From contig OX597838.1 in assembly GCA_951406725.2 (NCBI GenBank), forward strand, positions 13,826,001 to 13,890,000: a stretch of 64,000 nt of DNA, given 5' to 3'. The translations under genes and the position numbers were made by a program. This stretch comes from Octopus vulgaris. Lineage: Eukaryota. Shown here in pieces: positions 1 through 10,790 of this stretch. The notes under the pieces were generated by a model that had not been told where the DNA came from, made no database searches, and saw only the letters and a program-made list of their open reading frames with translations. Every line of letters starts with the position of its first letter. The stretch's first letter is position 1.

Positions 1-1427
1 AGAGAGAGTGTGTGTATAAGAGGGAGGGAGGGAGAGAGAGAGAGAGTATACGTGAGAAAGATTTGTGTGTGTGTGTGAGAAGGAGAGAGAGAGAGTGTGT
101 ATAAGAGAGGGAGGGAGAGAGAGAGTATATGTGAGAAAGTTTTGTGTGTGTGTGTGTGTGTGAGAAGGAGAAGAGAGAGAGAGTGTGTGTATAAGAGAGG
201 GAGGGAGAGAGAGAGAGAGAGTATACGTGAGAAAGATTTGTGTGTGTGTGAGAAGGAGAAGAGAAAGAGAGTGTGTGTATAAGAGAGGGAAGGAGAGAGA
301 GAGAGAGAGTATACGTGAGAAAGATTTGTGTGTGTGTGTGTGAGAAGGAGAAGAGAGAGAGAGTGTGTGTATAAGAGAGGGAGGGAGGGAGAGAGAGAGA
401 GTATACGTGAGAAAGATTTGTGTGTGTGTGTGTGTGTGAAGGAGAGAGAGAGAGAGTGTGTGTATATAGAGAGGGAGGGAGGGAGAGAGAGAGTATACGT
501 GAGAAAGATTTGTGTGTGTGTGAGAAGGAGAAGAGAAAGAGAGTGTGTGTATAAGAGAGGGAAGGAGAGAGAGAGAGAGAGTATACGTGAGAAAGATTTG
601 TGTGTGTGTGTGTGAGAAGGAGAAGAGAGAGAGTGTGTGTGTATAAGAGAGGGAGGGAGGGAGAGAGAGAGAGAGAGTATACGTGAGAAAGATTTGTGTG
701 TGTGTGTGTGAGAAGGAGAAGAGAGAGAGAGTGTGTGTATAAGAGAGGGAGGGAGGGAGAGAGAGAGAGTATACGTGAGAAAGATTTGTGTGTGTGTGTG
801 TGTGTGAGAAGGAGAAGAGAGAGAGTGTGTGTATAAGAGAGGGAGGGAGGGAGAGAGAGAGAGTATACGTGAGAAAGATTTGTGTGTGTGTGAGAAGGAG
901 AGAGAGAGAGTGTGTGTATAAGAGAGGGAAGGAGAGAGAGAGAGGAGAGAGAGAGAGCATACGTGAGAAAGATTTGTGTGTGTGTGAGAAGGAGAAGAGA
1001 AAGAGAGTGTGTGTGTATAAGAGAGGGAGGGAGAGAGAGAGAGTATACGTGAGAAAGATTTGTGTGTGTGTGTGTGTGAGAAGGAGAAGAGAGAGAGTGT
1101 GTGTATAAGAGAGGGAGGGAGAGAGAGAGTATACGTGAGAAAGATTTGTGTGTGTGTGTGTGTGTGTGTGAGAAGGAGAGAGAGAGAGTGTGTGTGTATA
1201 AGAGAGGGAGGGAGAGAGAGAGTATACGTGAGAAAGATTTGTGTGTGTGTGTGTGTGAGAAGGAGAAGAGAGAGAGAGTGTGTGTATAAGAGAGGGAGGG
1301 AGGGAGGGAGGGAGAGAGAGAGAGAGTATACGTAAGAAAGATTTGTGTGTGTGTATATGAGAAGGAGAAGAGAGAGAGAGTGTGTGTATAAGAGAGGGAG
1401 GGAGAGAGAGAGTATATGTGAGAAAGA

Positions 1428-1463
<36 letters not shown>

Positions 1464-1520
1464 AAGGAGAAGAGAGAGAGAGAGAGTGTATGTGTGTATG
1501 TGTGTGTGTGTGTGTGTGTA
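1..1520. repeat. Compound minisatellite, ~90-bp unit of (GA)n/(GT)n tracts joined by fixed linkers
   Basis: Linkers GTATACGTGAGAAAGATTT, GAGAAGGAGAA and ATAAGAGAGGGAGG recur about 15 times with variable dinucleotide lengths. Confidence 0.95.
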
Positions 1521-1876
1521 TTTGAGAGAAAAAGAAAGAGAAAGATTAAGAAAGAAAACAAAATGGAAGTCAGACAGACAGACAGACAGAGAAAGAGAGA
1601 GAGTATTTGAGAATGTGTCGAAACAAGAAGAACAAACATGAGTGCATACACAATAAAATAATCTCAGTGAAATCCAAATATTGCAGAGCAACATTTATAT
1701 AAAATATAGCAAAAACAAAACTAAAAAAAAAAAAAAAATAATAATAATAATAATAATAATAATCAGATAAAAATCAAGAGCTTGCTTGTCATCTTACATC
1801 TAAGTAGTTTGATGGATGACCATTCGTGTATCATATCAAAATGTGCATGTTATGTTAAAAAGTACATTAAACATAC

Positions 1877-1922
1877 ATTATCTGTATTTTTAAGGTTCTT
1901 AGGCATTATTTCGATTAAAGTG
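1877..1922 (-). CDS. Unidentified gene 2, candidate next exon (STLIEIMPKNLKNTDN)
   Basis: Acceptor gttttttag|, donor |gtatgt; 46 nt with a phase-2 start compatible with the 8683 donor. The pyrimidine tract is short. Confidence 0.4.
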
Positions 1923-2048
1923 CTAAAAAACGTTTCATGAGACTCAAAGTAACGTTCATACATACATACATACATACATACAGGACGCCATGATAGATCG
2001 TTAGCTCCTACACGCATTTTTTTTCTCTTCTTGTTTTTTTTCTGTGTA

Positions 2049-2086
2049 TCTTTCTGTTGAAGAGCGTATGCTCGAAACGTAAAAGA
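2049..2086 (+). ncRNA. Minimal type I hammerhead-like motif, copy 1
   Basis: TCTTT-CTGTTGA-A-GAGC(GTAT)GCTC-GAA-ACGT-A-AAAGA. Stem I TCTTT/AAAGA, stem II 4 bp, palindromic ACGT in place of stem III, GUA cleavage triplet. Confidence 0.65.
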
Positions 2087-2282
2087 CTTTTTTCTATTCC
2101 TGAGCGCTATACTAATACATTTGTTTGTTTGTACTCCACCGGCCTTCGTCTTTTGTTTATTTTCGTAAACTTTCCCTTTATATATATATATATATATATA
2201 TATACATACATACATACAGGACGGCATGATAGATCGCTAGCTCCTACACGCATTTTTTTCTCTCCTTGTTTTTTTCTGTGTA

Positions 2283-2320
2283 TCTTTCTGTCGAAGAGCG
2301 TAGGCTCGAAACGTAAAAGA
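2283..2320 (+). ncRNA. Minimal type I hammerhead-like motif, copy 2
   Basis: TCTTT-CTGTCGA-A-GAGC(GTAG)GCTC-GAA-ACGT-A-AAAGA. Confidence 0.65.
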
Positions 2321-2410
2321 CTTTTTTCTATTCCTGAGCGCTATACTAATACATTTGTTTGTTTGTACTCCACCGGCCTTCGTCTTTTGTTTATTTTCGT
2401 AAACTTTCCC

Positions 2411-2450
<40 letters not shown>

Positions 2451-2497
2451 ATGCCATGATAGATCGTTAGCTCCTACACGCATTTCTCTCCTTGTTT

Positions 2498-2535
2498 CTC
2501 TTCTGTTGAAGAATGTAGGCTCGAAACGTAAAAGA
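2498..2535 (+). ncRNA. Degenerate hammerhead-like motif, copy 3
   Basis: CTGTTGA-A-GAAT(GTAG)GCTC-GAAACGTA-AAAGA; stem II is disrupted. Confidence 0.4.
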
Positions 2536-3902
2536 CTTTTTCTATTCCTGAGCGCTATACTAATACATTTGTTTGTTTGTACTCCACCGGCCTTCGTCTT
2601 TTGTTTATTTTCGTAAACTTTCCATACATACATACATACACATACATATATACATACACCTCTGATGGTTGCTTCTAGTTGTGGTGGAGGAGGTTACATG
2701 GACCAATGTAATGCTGTTGAGAGTCCTAAACTCCTTGCAGGACTATCCTTGGTGACGTGGTCAAAGAGAGAGAACACAGACTAAGTATGACCAACCCCCA
2801 AAGACCCCGACAGTGAAACAAGTGGATGATGCTTACAGCAAACCTCAATGCTTGAACCAGTGGATGAAGAAGGCTATGCACAACAGACATACTACAGAAG
2901 GCGCCACACAAGACTATAACTGGGTCAGCGGCATACATACACACCACTGAGTGAGTGATGTCAGACAGGGCCCCTATAATGTGCAACCTTGATTGTGGTG
3001 TGTTGGTTTGTATACCTCTTTCTTTACTAACCACAAGGTGCTAAACACAGAGGAGACAAACAAGGACAGACAGACGGATTAAGTTGATTATATCGACCCC
3101 AGTGCATAACTGGTACTTAATTTATCGACCCCAAAAGGATGAAAGGCAAAGTTGACCTCAACGGAATTTGAACTCAGAACGTAGCAGCAGACGAAATACC
3201 GCTAAGCATTTCGTCCAGCATGCTAATGTTTCTGTCAGCTCGCTACCTTTAAGGTTTGTATACCTCAATGATCCTGTGAGCTAGCTATTGCTAGTGGAAC
3301 ACAAGCACCTGGTACAGCCCCCCCCACCTCATGCTAGATAGGTCAAAGGATGGGGGCCAAACTAATATGGACCACTTCTTCCCAGAGGTAAAAATGGTTT
3401 GTGTGGGGCCAACATCCCTACCTAGAAAAAAGTAAAGTTACTGAAGTGTTGATGACAATTAAAAAAAAAACCCCCCAAAAACCGGAAAACTCCACAAAAA
3501 GAACAGCCCAGACTCAAGAATTGTATAGAAAAGTCATTGGTGGCCTATGCTCCGTAGAGGGCAAAAGAATTAAGCTCATGTTGGCATAGGAGACTGTTTA
3601 TCGTTTCATGTGATGGATACTATCCTCTAAACTTCTGATTAACCCTTTAGAATCATCATCATCATCATCATCATCATCATTTAACGACCGTTTTCCATGC
3701 TAGCATGGGTTGGACGGTTCGACCAGGGTCTGGGAAGCCAGGAGGCTGCGCCAGGCTCCAGTCTGATCTGGCAGTGTTTCTACAGGTGGATGCCCTTCCT
3801 AACGCCAACCACTCCATGAGTGTAGTGGGTGCTATTTACGTGCCACCGGCATGGACACCAGTCAGGCAGCACTGGCATAGTTCCTCTTACGTACCCAGAT
3901 GA

Positions 3903-4490
3903 CTTATTAGAAGTACTTGATAGCTTTTGTTACCAAGAAGATGTAATTAGGAAGGGAGGTGGTTGCTCTGAAATATATTATAACCAAAGTCAGAAAGAGT
4001 TGGAGAATGTTCAGGGAGAAGCTATAGCTGCTGATAGCAAAGATGTTTACCCTTAGAGTGAAGAGCAAATTGTATGATTTGTGTTAGAACTGCAATGCTG
4101 CATGATAGTGAAACATGGGCCATGAATGCAAAGGGCATGAGAAGACTGGATAGAAATGAAGTATGTGTGTGATCAATTAGATGTGCAATGTTAGTGCGAA
4201 TGAAAGACATAGTACAAAGGCACTGACAGAAAAATCGAGCTTATGAAAAATAAGATTTGTGTTCAATAGAGAAGATTGCACTGTTATGGACATGTGGTGC
4301 ATATAGACAAGGACAGCTGTATGAAGAAATGCTGATTGCAGGAACATGTAGCAGGAACATGCTGGAAAGGGAAACTCAGGAAGACATGGGATGAAATGGT
4401 GATGGATGAGCTGGGACCCTGAGACTGACAGAAGAAATGACAAAAGACTGGGGTCTTTGGTAATATGAGGTTCCTGAAAAGACCTGCCCT
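3903..4490 (+). mobile_element. Degenerate RTE-clade LINE 3' fragment
   Basis: Broken frames give LEVLDSFCY..GGGCSE and MLHDSETW..MRRLDRNE; homologous to 53790-54660. Confidence 0.75.
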
Positions 4491-5676
4491 TCTCAGAAAA
4501 ACTGAGTTCTGAAAGTGCTATGCATTGTGCTCTCTACCCTTATTACAGTGATTCCTCCCCATCCCCCACACTATCTCTGCAGACAATCCAACCATGTCAT
4601 TTCCGTCTATTGTCCCTCACTGTCAAGTGTATCATCATCATTAGTATTCTCTCACCTCTGCATCATTCTATCTTCCCCATCTCATGGCTCATTGTTCATC
4701 TACCCATACTTATTTCTTTATTGCCTACAAGGGGCCAAACATAGAGGGGACAAGGACAGACAAAGGGATTAAGTTGATTACATCGACCCCAGTGCATAAC
4801 TGGTACTTAATTTATCGACCCTGAAAGGATGAAAGGCAAAGTCGACCTCAGTGGAATTTGAACTCAGAACGTAACGGCAGACGAAATACCTATTTCTTTA
4901 TTACCCACGAGGGGCTAAACACAGAGGGGACAAACAAAGATAGACACACGGATTAACTCGATTACATCGACCCCAGTGCGTAACTGATACTTAATTTATC
5001 GACCCCGAAAGGATGAAGGGCAAAGTCGACCTTGGCGGAACTCAGAACATAACGGCAGACGAAATACGGCTATGCATTTTGCCCAGCGTGCTAATGATTC
5101 TGCCAACCTATTCTTGCAGTCTACCACCACAGCCCCTCATTTCCTTCTCATACAATCTTGCAAATCACCCAGCCATCTACCCACTTCTACTCATCCTGTG
5201 CCTTGTGGAGACACCTAGGTACTTCATCACCATTATTATCACTTTGCACCTCCTACTAATCATTTTCTCTTTTCTCTCTCTCTCCTCCTCCTGCTAAATG
5301 TGAGTAGCCATGCAGGTCTTTTACGAGAACCTGCCCCATCTTTACATAGTTGAAACCCTTATTACCAAATTTCCAATTATGAAGTTGACATCCACACCTG
5401 CCACAGGGTTTACAGTCCTGTGACCTCAATAATGCAGGTGGTATGAAAAAAAGCACCTGGTGCTCACTGAAAAGTGGTTGGCATTAGGAAGGGCATCCAT
5501 GTAGAGAGAGAGAGACAATACTGAAGCAGACACTGAAGTACAATGTGGTTCACAGATTCATCAGATCTTGTGGAAACATCCAATCCATGCCAACATGGAA
5601 GATGGACATGAAATGATAATGAAAATCATGATGATGATGTGTTTATAGATATATACATTTATATACACATAAATAC

Positions 5677-5738
<62 letters not shown>

Positions 5739-5743
5739 GTGTA

Positions 5744-5781
5744 TCTTTCTGTTGAAGAGCGTTGGCTCGAAACGTTAAAGA
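5744..5781 (+). ncRNA. Minimal type I hammerhead-like motif in a solo copy of the same repeat (5737-5910)
   Basis: TCTTT-CTGTTGA-A-GAGC(GTTG)GCTC-GAA-ACGT-T-AAAGA; the unit is flanked by (TA)n on both sides. Confidence 0.6.
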
Positions 5782-5908
5782 CTTGTTTTATTTATATTCC
5801 TGAGCGCCATACTAATACAATTGTTTGTTTGTACTCCACCTGCCTTCGTCTTTTGTTTATTTCCGTAAACCTGCCTTCGTCTTTTGTCTATTTTCATAAA
5901 GCTTCCCG

Positions 5909-5992
<84 letters not shown>

Positions 5993-5997
5993 TATTG

Positions 5998-6070
<73 letters not shown>

Positions 6071-6209
6071 TCATGCCTAATAGAGAGACAATGGAGCAGT
6101 CGCCATATTCCTTTCCATAATGGCCAACTGATGAGCATTAGTCTACATAAGCGGATTATTACCTAACACTCCATTGTATTCCTAGTGCAAAATCGATTGG
6201 TTAGATCAG

Positions 6210-7800
6210 CTGTAATGGATATACAACACTGTGCATTTTGGATAATAAATACACATACACACACAAACATATAAACATATATACATATACATACAGCTGT
6301 CCTCATTCATATACATCACACGTCCATACCACCACAGTTTTCTTCCTTGCACACAACCTCTGATTCCTCTTATGCTCAGTTCTTCTCTCAGTACATTTAT
6401 ATATTTCTTTACTGCCCACAAGGGGCTAAACACAGAGGGGGGACAAACAAGGACAGACAAAGGGAGTAAGTCGATTACATCGACCCCAGTGGGAAACTTG
6501 TACTTTATTTATCGACCCCGAAAGAATGAAAGGTAAAGTCGACCTCGGCGGAATTTGAACTCAGAACGTAACGTCAGACGAAATACCGCTAAGCATTTCG
6601 CACGGCGTTCTAACGTTTCTGCCAGCTCGCCACCTTCTACATTTATACTATGTCTTCCATGCACATTTACTTCTTTCCAGTCTTCTCATGTCTTCTACGT
6701 CCGAGCCTACGTCTCACTACCATACGGCATTGCAGTTCTAACACATATCACACTATATGGGAAAAAACTTGTCAACAACAGCAGTATTAGCTCTCTGAAC
6801 CTTCTCCAACCCACTCTAACTCTGACTACTATACTTTTAGAGTAATTACCTCCCTTACTGATGACATCTTGCTAGCAAAAGCTATCAAGGGATCTTTTCG
6901 GCAGTTTTTTCTAGCGGTGTCATATGAAATTGTCACCCATAATTATGACCCTAGTATCGATCTATTGCATTTCAATCTATTTTAGGGTTAGGGTTAGGGT
7001 TAGGGGTGGGGGAAGGGCATCTTCTTTTCTTCACAAATGTAAATAAACCCAATCTGTTTCTTAAACGAGGGACATATCCATACGGCACAGAATGTTTTCA
7101 CCTCAATAGACGGTCATTGATTGGTTGAAATTGCCGAAATGCAAGAAATTAAAGACCAAATATCTTACAAACTATAGAATTTTCTAAATAAAGCCAAGAA
7201 AAAAAGAATGTTTTATAAACACATTCTACCAGTATACGAAGTTTAAAATTTTTTAGTTACCTAGAAATTATGTTAAAAACTGCCGGTCAAACCGAAAAGA
7301 TCCCTACCAAGTACTCCCAGCGAGCTGTCCCGGTATTCAAGGAGTCTATTTCAAATGTGTTCATACAATGCACAATTCAAGTGCATCTATCACATTCAAA
7401 GCTCATGTTCTCTCCTAGTTTGCATATGATTCTACTACATCCCTTTTTGTCCCTAGCTTACTTTGGGTACAGTGGATGGAGTCCATACTTATTCTTTTTC
7501 TGTATATTGAGCAAGATCATTCCCCTGAAGGTACCAGGCTCTCGTCTTCTTTCCTACTCACTAAAACCTTTGTCTTTTCTAGGTTTACCTTCAGATCTTT
7601 CGATCTTAGGTTTAGCTTCTAAGCCTGGAATTTTCTCTCTAATTCCTCAATGAGAACTAGATCATCAGCATAGAGGAGCTCCCATGAATAGTCAGTCTTA
7701 AACTCCAATGTGATGGCCTGTAGGGCTATGACGATTAGGAAGGGACTGAGAATTGAACCTTGATGGATTCCAACCCTTGTGTGAAATTCCTCAGTGAAGT
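6210..7800 (-). mobile_element. Degenerate RTE LINE fragment interrupted by a SINE (6402-6637) and a TIR element (6889-7304)
   Basis: Minus-strand remnants resemble the RTE copies at 3903 and 53790. Removing the TIR element restores GAAGTACTTG(G/A)TAGCTTTTG. Confidence 0.6.
6889..7304. mobile_element. Non-autonomous TIR element containing (TTAGGG)n
   Basis: Termini GGGATCTTTTCG / CGAAAAGATCCC; flanking duplication ctatcaag/ctaccaag (6-8 bp depending on where the end is called); internal TTAGGG x4 at 6982-7005. Confidence 0.75.
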
Positions 7801-7817
7801 GCTAGTTGACTCATTAT

Positions 7818-8170
7818 TTATGTATACATATATATATATATACGTATCATACACATATATATATATATATATATCATACACACAGATACATATATATATA
7901 ATGTATGTATACATATATATATATATACGTATCATACATATATATATATATATCATACACACAGATACATATATATATAATGTATGTATACATATATATA
8001 TATATACGTATCATACACATATATATATATATCATACACACAGATACATATATATATAATGTATGTATACATATATATATATATACGTATCATACACATA
8101 TATATATATATCATACACACAGATACATATATATATAATGTATGTATACATATATATATATATATATATA
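7818..8170. repeat. Tandem ~79-bp TA-rich minisatellite (4 copies)
   Basis: TACGTATCATACAC...ATCATACACACAGATACAT...AATGTATG is repeated. Confidence 0.9.
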
Positions 8171-8682
8171 TGTATCCTGTACACACACACACAGACACAC
8201 ATGTATATATACATATATGTAATGTATGTATACATATATATGTCATGCACACACACACACACACAAACATGCATATATATAATGTATGTCTGTATACATA
8301 TATATGTATATGTATGTACGTATCATGCGTACACACACACATACAATGTACATATGTATACATATATATATATATATGTATAATACACACACACATGCAT
8401 GTGCGTGCATACACACACACACACACACATCATTTGTTTTAGATGTTTTGTTTACCAATCTTGTACAGCTTAAAGGAATGCACATTTAGAATTATTTAAC
8501 TAAATATCTAAATATATTAATAAATCATAAAATATTGATTCACCAGATTTCTTTGTGGTTTTTTGTTCATTTTGTCCCATTTTTATATATTTTTTTGTTT
8601 TTTTTTTCCCCCCTTAATTTCTAATTATTTGTGGGTGAAGTAACCTGGGTCACTCCGGCTGCTGCTGCTGCAGTTTACTTAC

Positions 8683-8738
8683 CTGGGTGATTTCTTACTG
8701 GTAGCCTTTATTATCAACGATGCGCTAGCTTCATCCGT
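8683..8738 (-). CDS. Unidentified gene 2, small exon (TDEASASLIIKATSKKSP)
   Basis: Acceptor ttttttcttcag| and consensus donor cag|gtaagt; 56 nt, phase 0 to 2, in frame with the previous exon. Confidence 0.75.
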
Positions 8739-9300
8739 CTGAAGAAAAAAAGCAAAATAACATCCATCATATATTGCAGCATAGGTGGTGATGATGATGA
8801 TGTCTATAAGAGATATCTCTCAAGATAAGTGCCACAGTTTAGAAAGCCTTCAACATATACACACTTTAAGTACATATACAGATCACTAATTTTAAACTAA
8901 TACTCCTTTTCTTATAAATAATGGATATTGCTACTTTAAATGGTGATGATGGAATGCAACAACTCTACCAGAAATTGGACACACTTTGTTTTAGGGAATT
9001 CAAACCAACTGGCATTTGTCCCATATGAATCGGTCAAACAATTTCAACTACCAAAGGACACAACAGTGACTATTTTAGCCAGTTTGACTGTCATACAGTG
9101 AGACTTATAAGGAGCACTAAATAATTTTTCTAGAAGCTCTGCTTGTGTATAGGGCATGAGAAAAGTAAATATGTTGCACTAAGTCTGAATAAAAGACTAG
9201 ATGGTTATGGGTGGTAAGTTTTTGATTACAGGTCCGTTGGATCAAGGCAGACTTGGGGTAAACAACAACAAATTTAATAAAAAAATCTTAAACACAAAAT

Positions 9301-9730
9301 AGGCGCAGGAGTGGCTGTGTGGTAGGTGGCTTGCTTGCCAACCACGTGGTTCCCGGTTCAGTCCCACTGCGAGGCATCTTGGGCAAGTGTCTTCTGCTAT
9401 AGCCTCGGGCCGATCAATGCCTTGTTGGTGGATTTGGTAGACGGAAACTGGAGGAGGCCTGTCGTATATATGTATATATATATGTGTGTGTATATGTTTG
9501 TGTGTCTGTGTTTGTCCCTCTGGCATTGCTTGACAGCCGATGCTGGTGTGTTTGCGTCCCCGTCACTTAGCGGTTTGGCAAAAGAGACCGATAGAATAAG
9601 TACTGGGCTTACAAATAATAAGTCCTGGGGTCAATTTGCTCGACTAAAGGTGGTGCTCCAGCATGGCCGCAGTCAAAATGACTGAAACAAGTAAAAGAGT
9701 AAAAGAGTAAAGAGTAAAGAGTAAAGAGTA
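9301..9730 (+). mobile_element. tRNA-head SINE with CORE-like TTGGGCAAGT segment, internal (TA)/(TG) tract and (AAGAGTA)n tail
   Basis: AGGCGCAGGAGTGGCTGTGTGG...GGTTCAGTCCC head. Further copies at ~33677-34200(+), 35380-35770(-), 42064-42472(+), 43313-43710(-), 43795-44150(+), 57297-57690(-). Confidence 0.85.
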
Positions 9731-9746
9731 AAATAAAAATACTGAC

Positions 9747-10243
9747 CTCTTGTGGGGTGGCCACACTTCTCGTTGTCACAACAAGTCCAGGGGCTGAAGT
9801 CGTTGTCAGATTAGTAACCCCTACAACACCAGGACCTCCACTGTTTGTAGGGGTTGCGCAAGGTGTGCCTCCACCGCCCACTGAACCAATGGACGGTGGG
9901 TCGGCAATGTCTGCCGTTGTTGGCACAGAAGATGCTATAGATACGGAAGAAGAACTGACTGTGTCGGAGCCTTGGCGTCGTGGAAGCGAGTGTTTGCGCT
10001 GCAAAGACTGAGGTGAGTGTCGCTGTATGGGGGATGTTGCCTTCGTTGACCCATACACTCGGATCTTTTCATCATCATCAGATTCGAAAGCATCATCGAT
10101 GGTAAAAGAGCTGCTGGCCATCACTGTTGACTCTTGATTGGAAAGACTGTTATCATAAACATTTCTCGATTTGGTTGTTGTTGTTGTTGTTGTTGTTGTC
10201 GTTGCTATTGTTGGCGTTATCACCAAAACATCCTCACTGCCAA
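9747..10243 (-). CDS. Unidentified gene 2, large Ser/Thr-rich exon (VGSEDVLVIT...FTIDDAFESDDDEKIRVYGSTK...VATPQE)
   Basis: Unique, GC-richer sequence with a 497-nt open frame. Acceptor ttcttctcag|, donor gag|gtcagt; phase 1 to 0. No domain recognised. Confidence 0.8.
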
Positions 10244-10460
10244 CTGAGAAGAATAACAAAAGAAAATATGATTAATAATCTCCAGGGAAGTTTTTATATA
10301 TGTGTGTATACATTTATATATACACATTATGCTGTTACCTATATACAAATATGTGTGTGTATATACATACATACATACTATATTTGAGTACTCTTTTTTC
10401 CACCTTGTTTCATATTTATGTGTTTACTCCGGTATATATATATATAAATGATGATGATGA

Positions 10461-10502
<42 letters not shown>

Positions 10503-10790
10503 CATCGTGATACCTGTGCCAGTGGCACGTAAAAAGCACCAACCGATTGTGGTCGTTGCCAGCCTTCTCTGGTCCCTGTGCTGGTGGCATGTAAAAAGCA
10601 CCCACTACACTCTCGGAGTGGTTGGCGTTAGGAATGGCATCCAGCTGTAGAAACACTGCCAGATCAGACTGGAGCCTGGTGCAGCCTCCTGGCTTCCCAG
10701 ACCCCGGTTGAACCATCCAACCCATGCTAGCATGGAATACGGACTTAAACCATGATGATGATGATGATGATATATGTATACACACATGTA

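Larger units (their letters stand above)
1982..2623 (+). mobile_element. Three tandem ~215-235-bp units separated by (TA)n/(TACA)n, each with a hammerhead-like motif (Penelope pseudo-LTR / retrozyme-like)
   Basis: Units begin CATGATAGATCG(T/C)TAGCTCCTACACGCATTT and end TTCGTAAACTTTCC; they are near-identical. Confidence 0.8.

Noticed and set aside
97-1641. Many ORFs rich in CV/RE/YI/HT dipeptides here and at 7.7-8.5, 16.2-17.4, 20.7-21.4, 22.6-23, 39.7-40.1, 47.8-48.3, 51.6-53 and 61.7-62.1 kb
   Set aside because: Translations of microsatellites, with no supporting splice structure or protein-like composition.
6982-7010. Telomere or chromosome-fusion scar
   Set aside because: Only four units, located inside a TIR-bounded element.
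8645-8682. Alternative downstream donor (cccag|gttact) extending the 56-nt exon
   Set aside because: The extension reads AGG TAA, an immediate stop, and the upstream donor is the perfect consensus.
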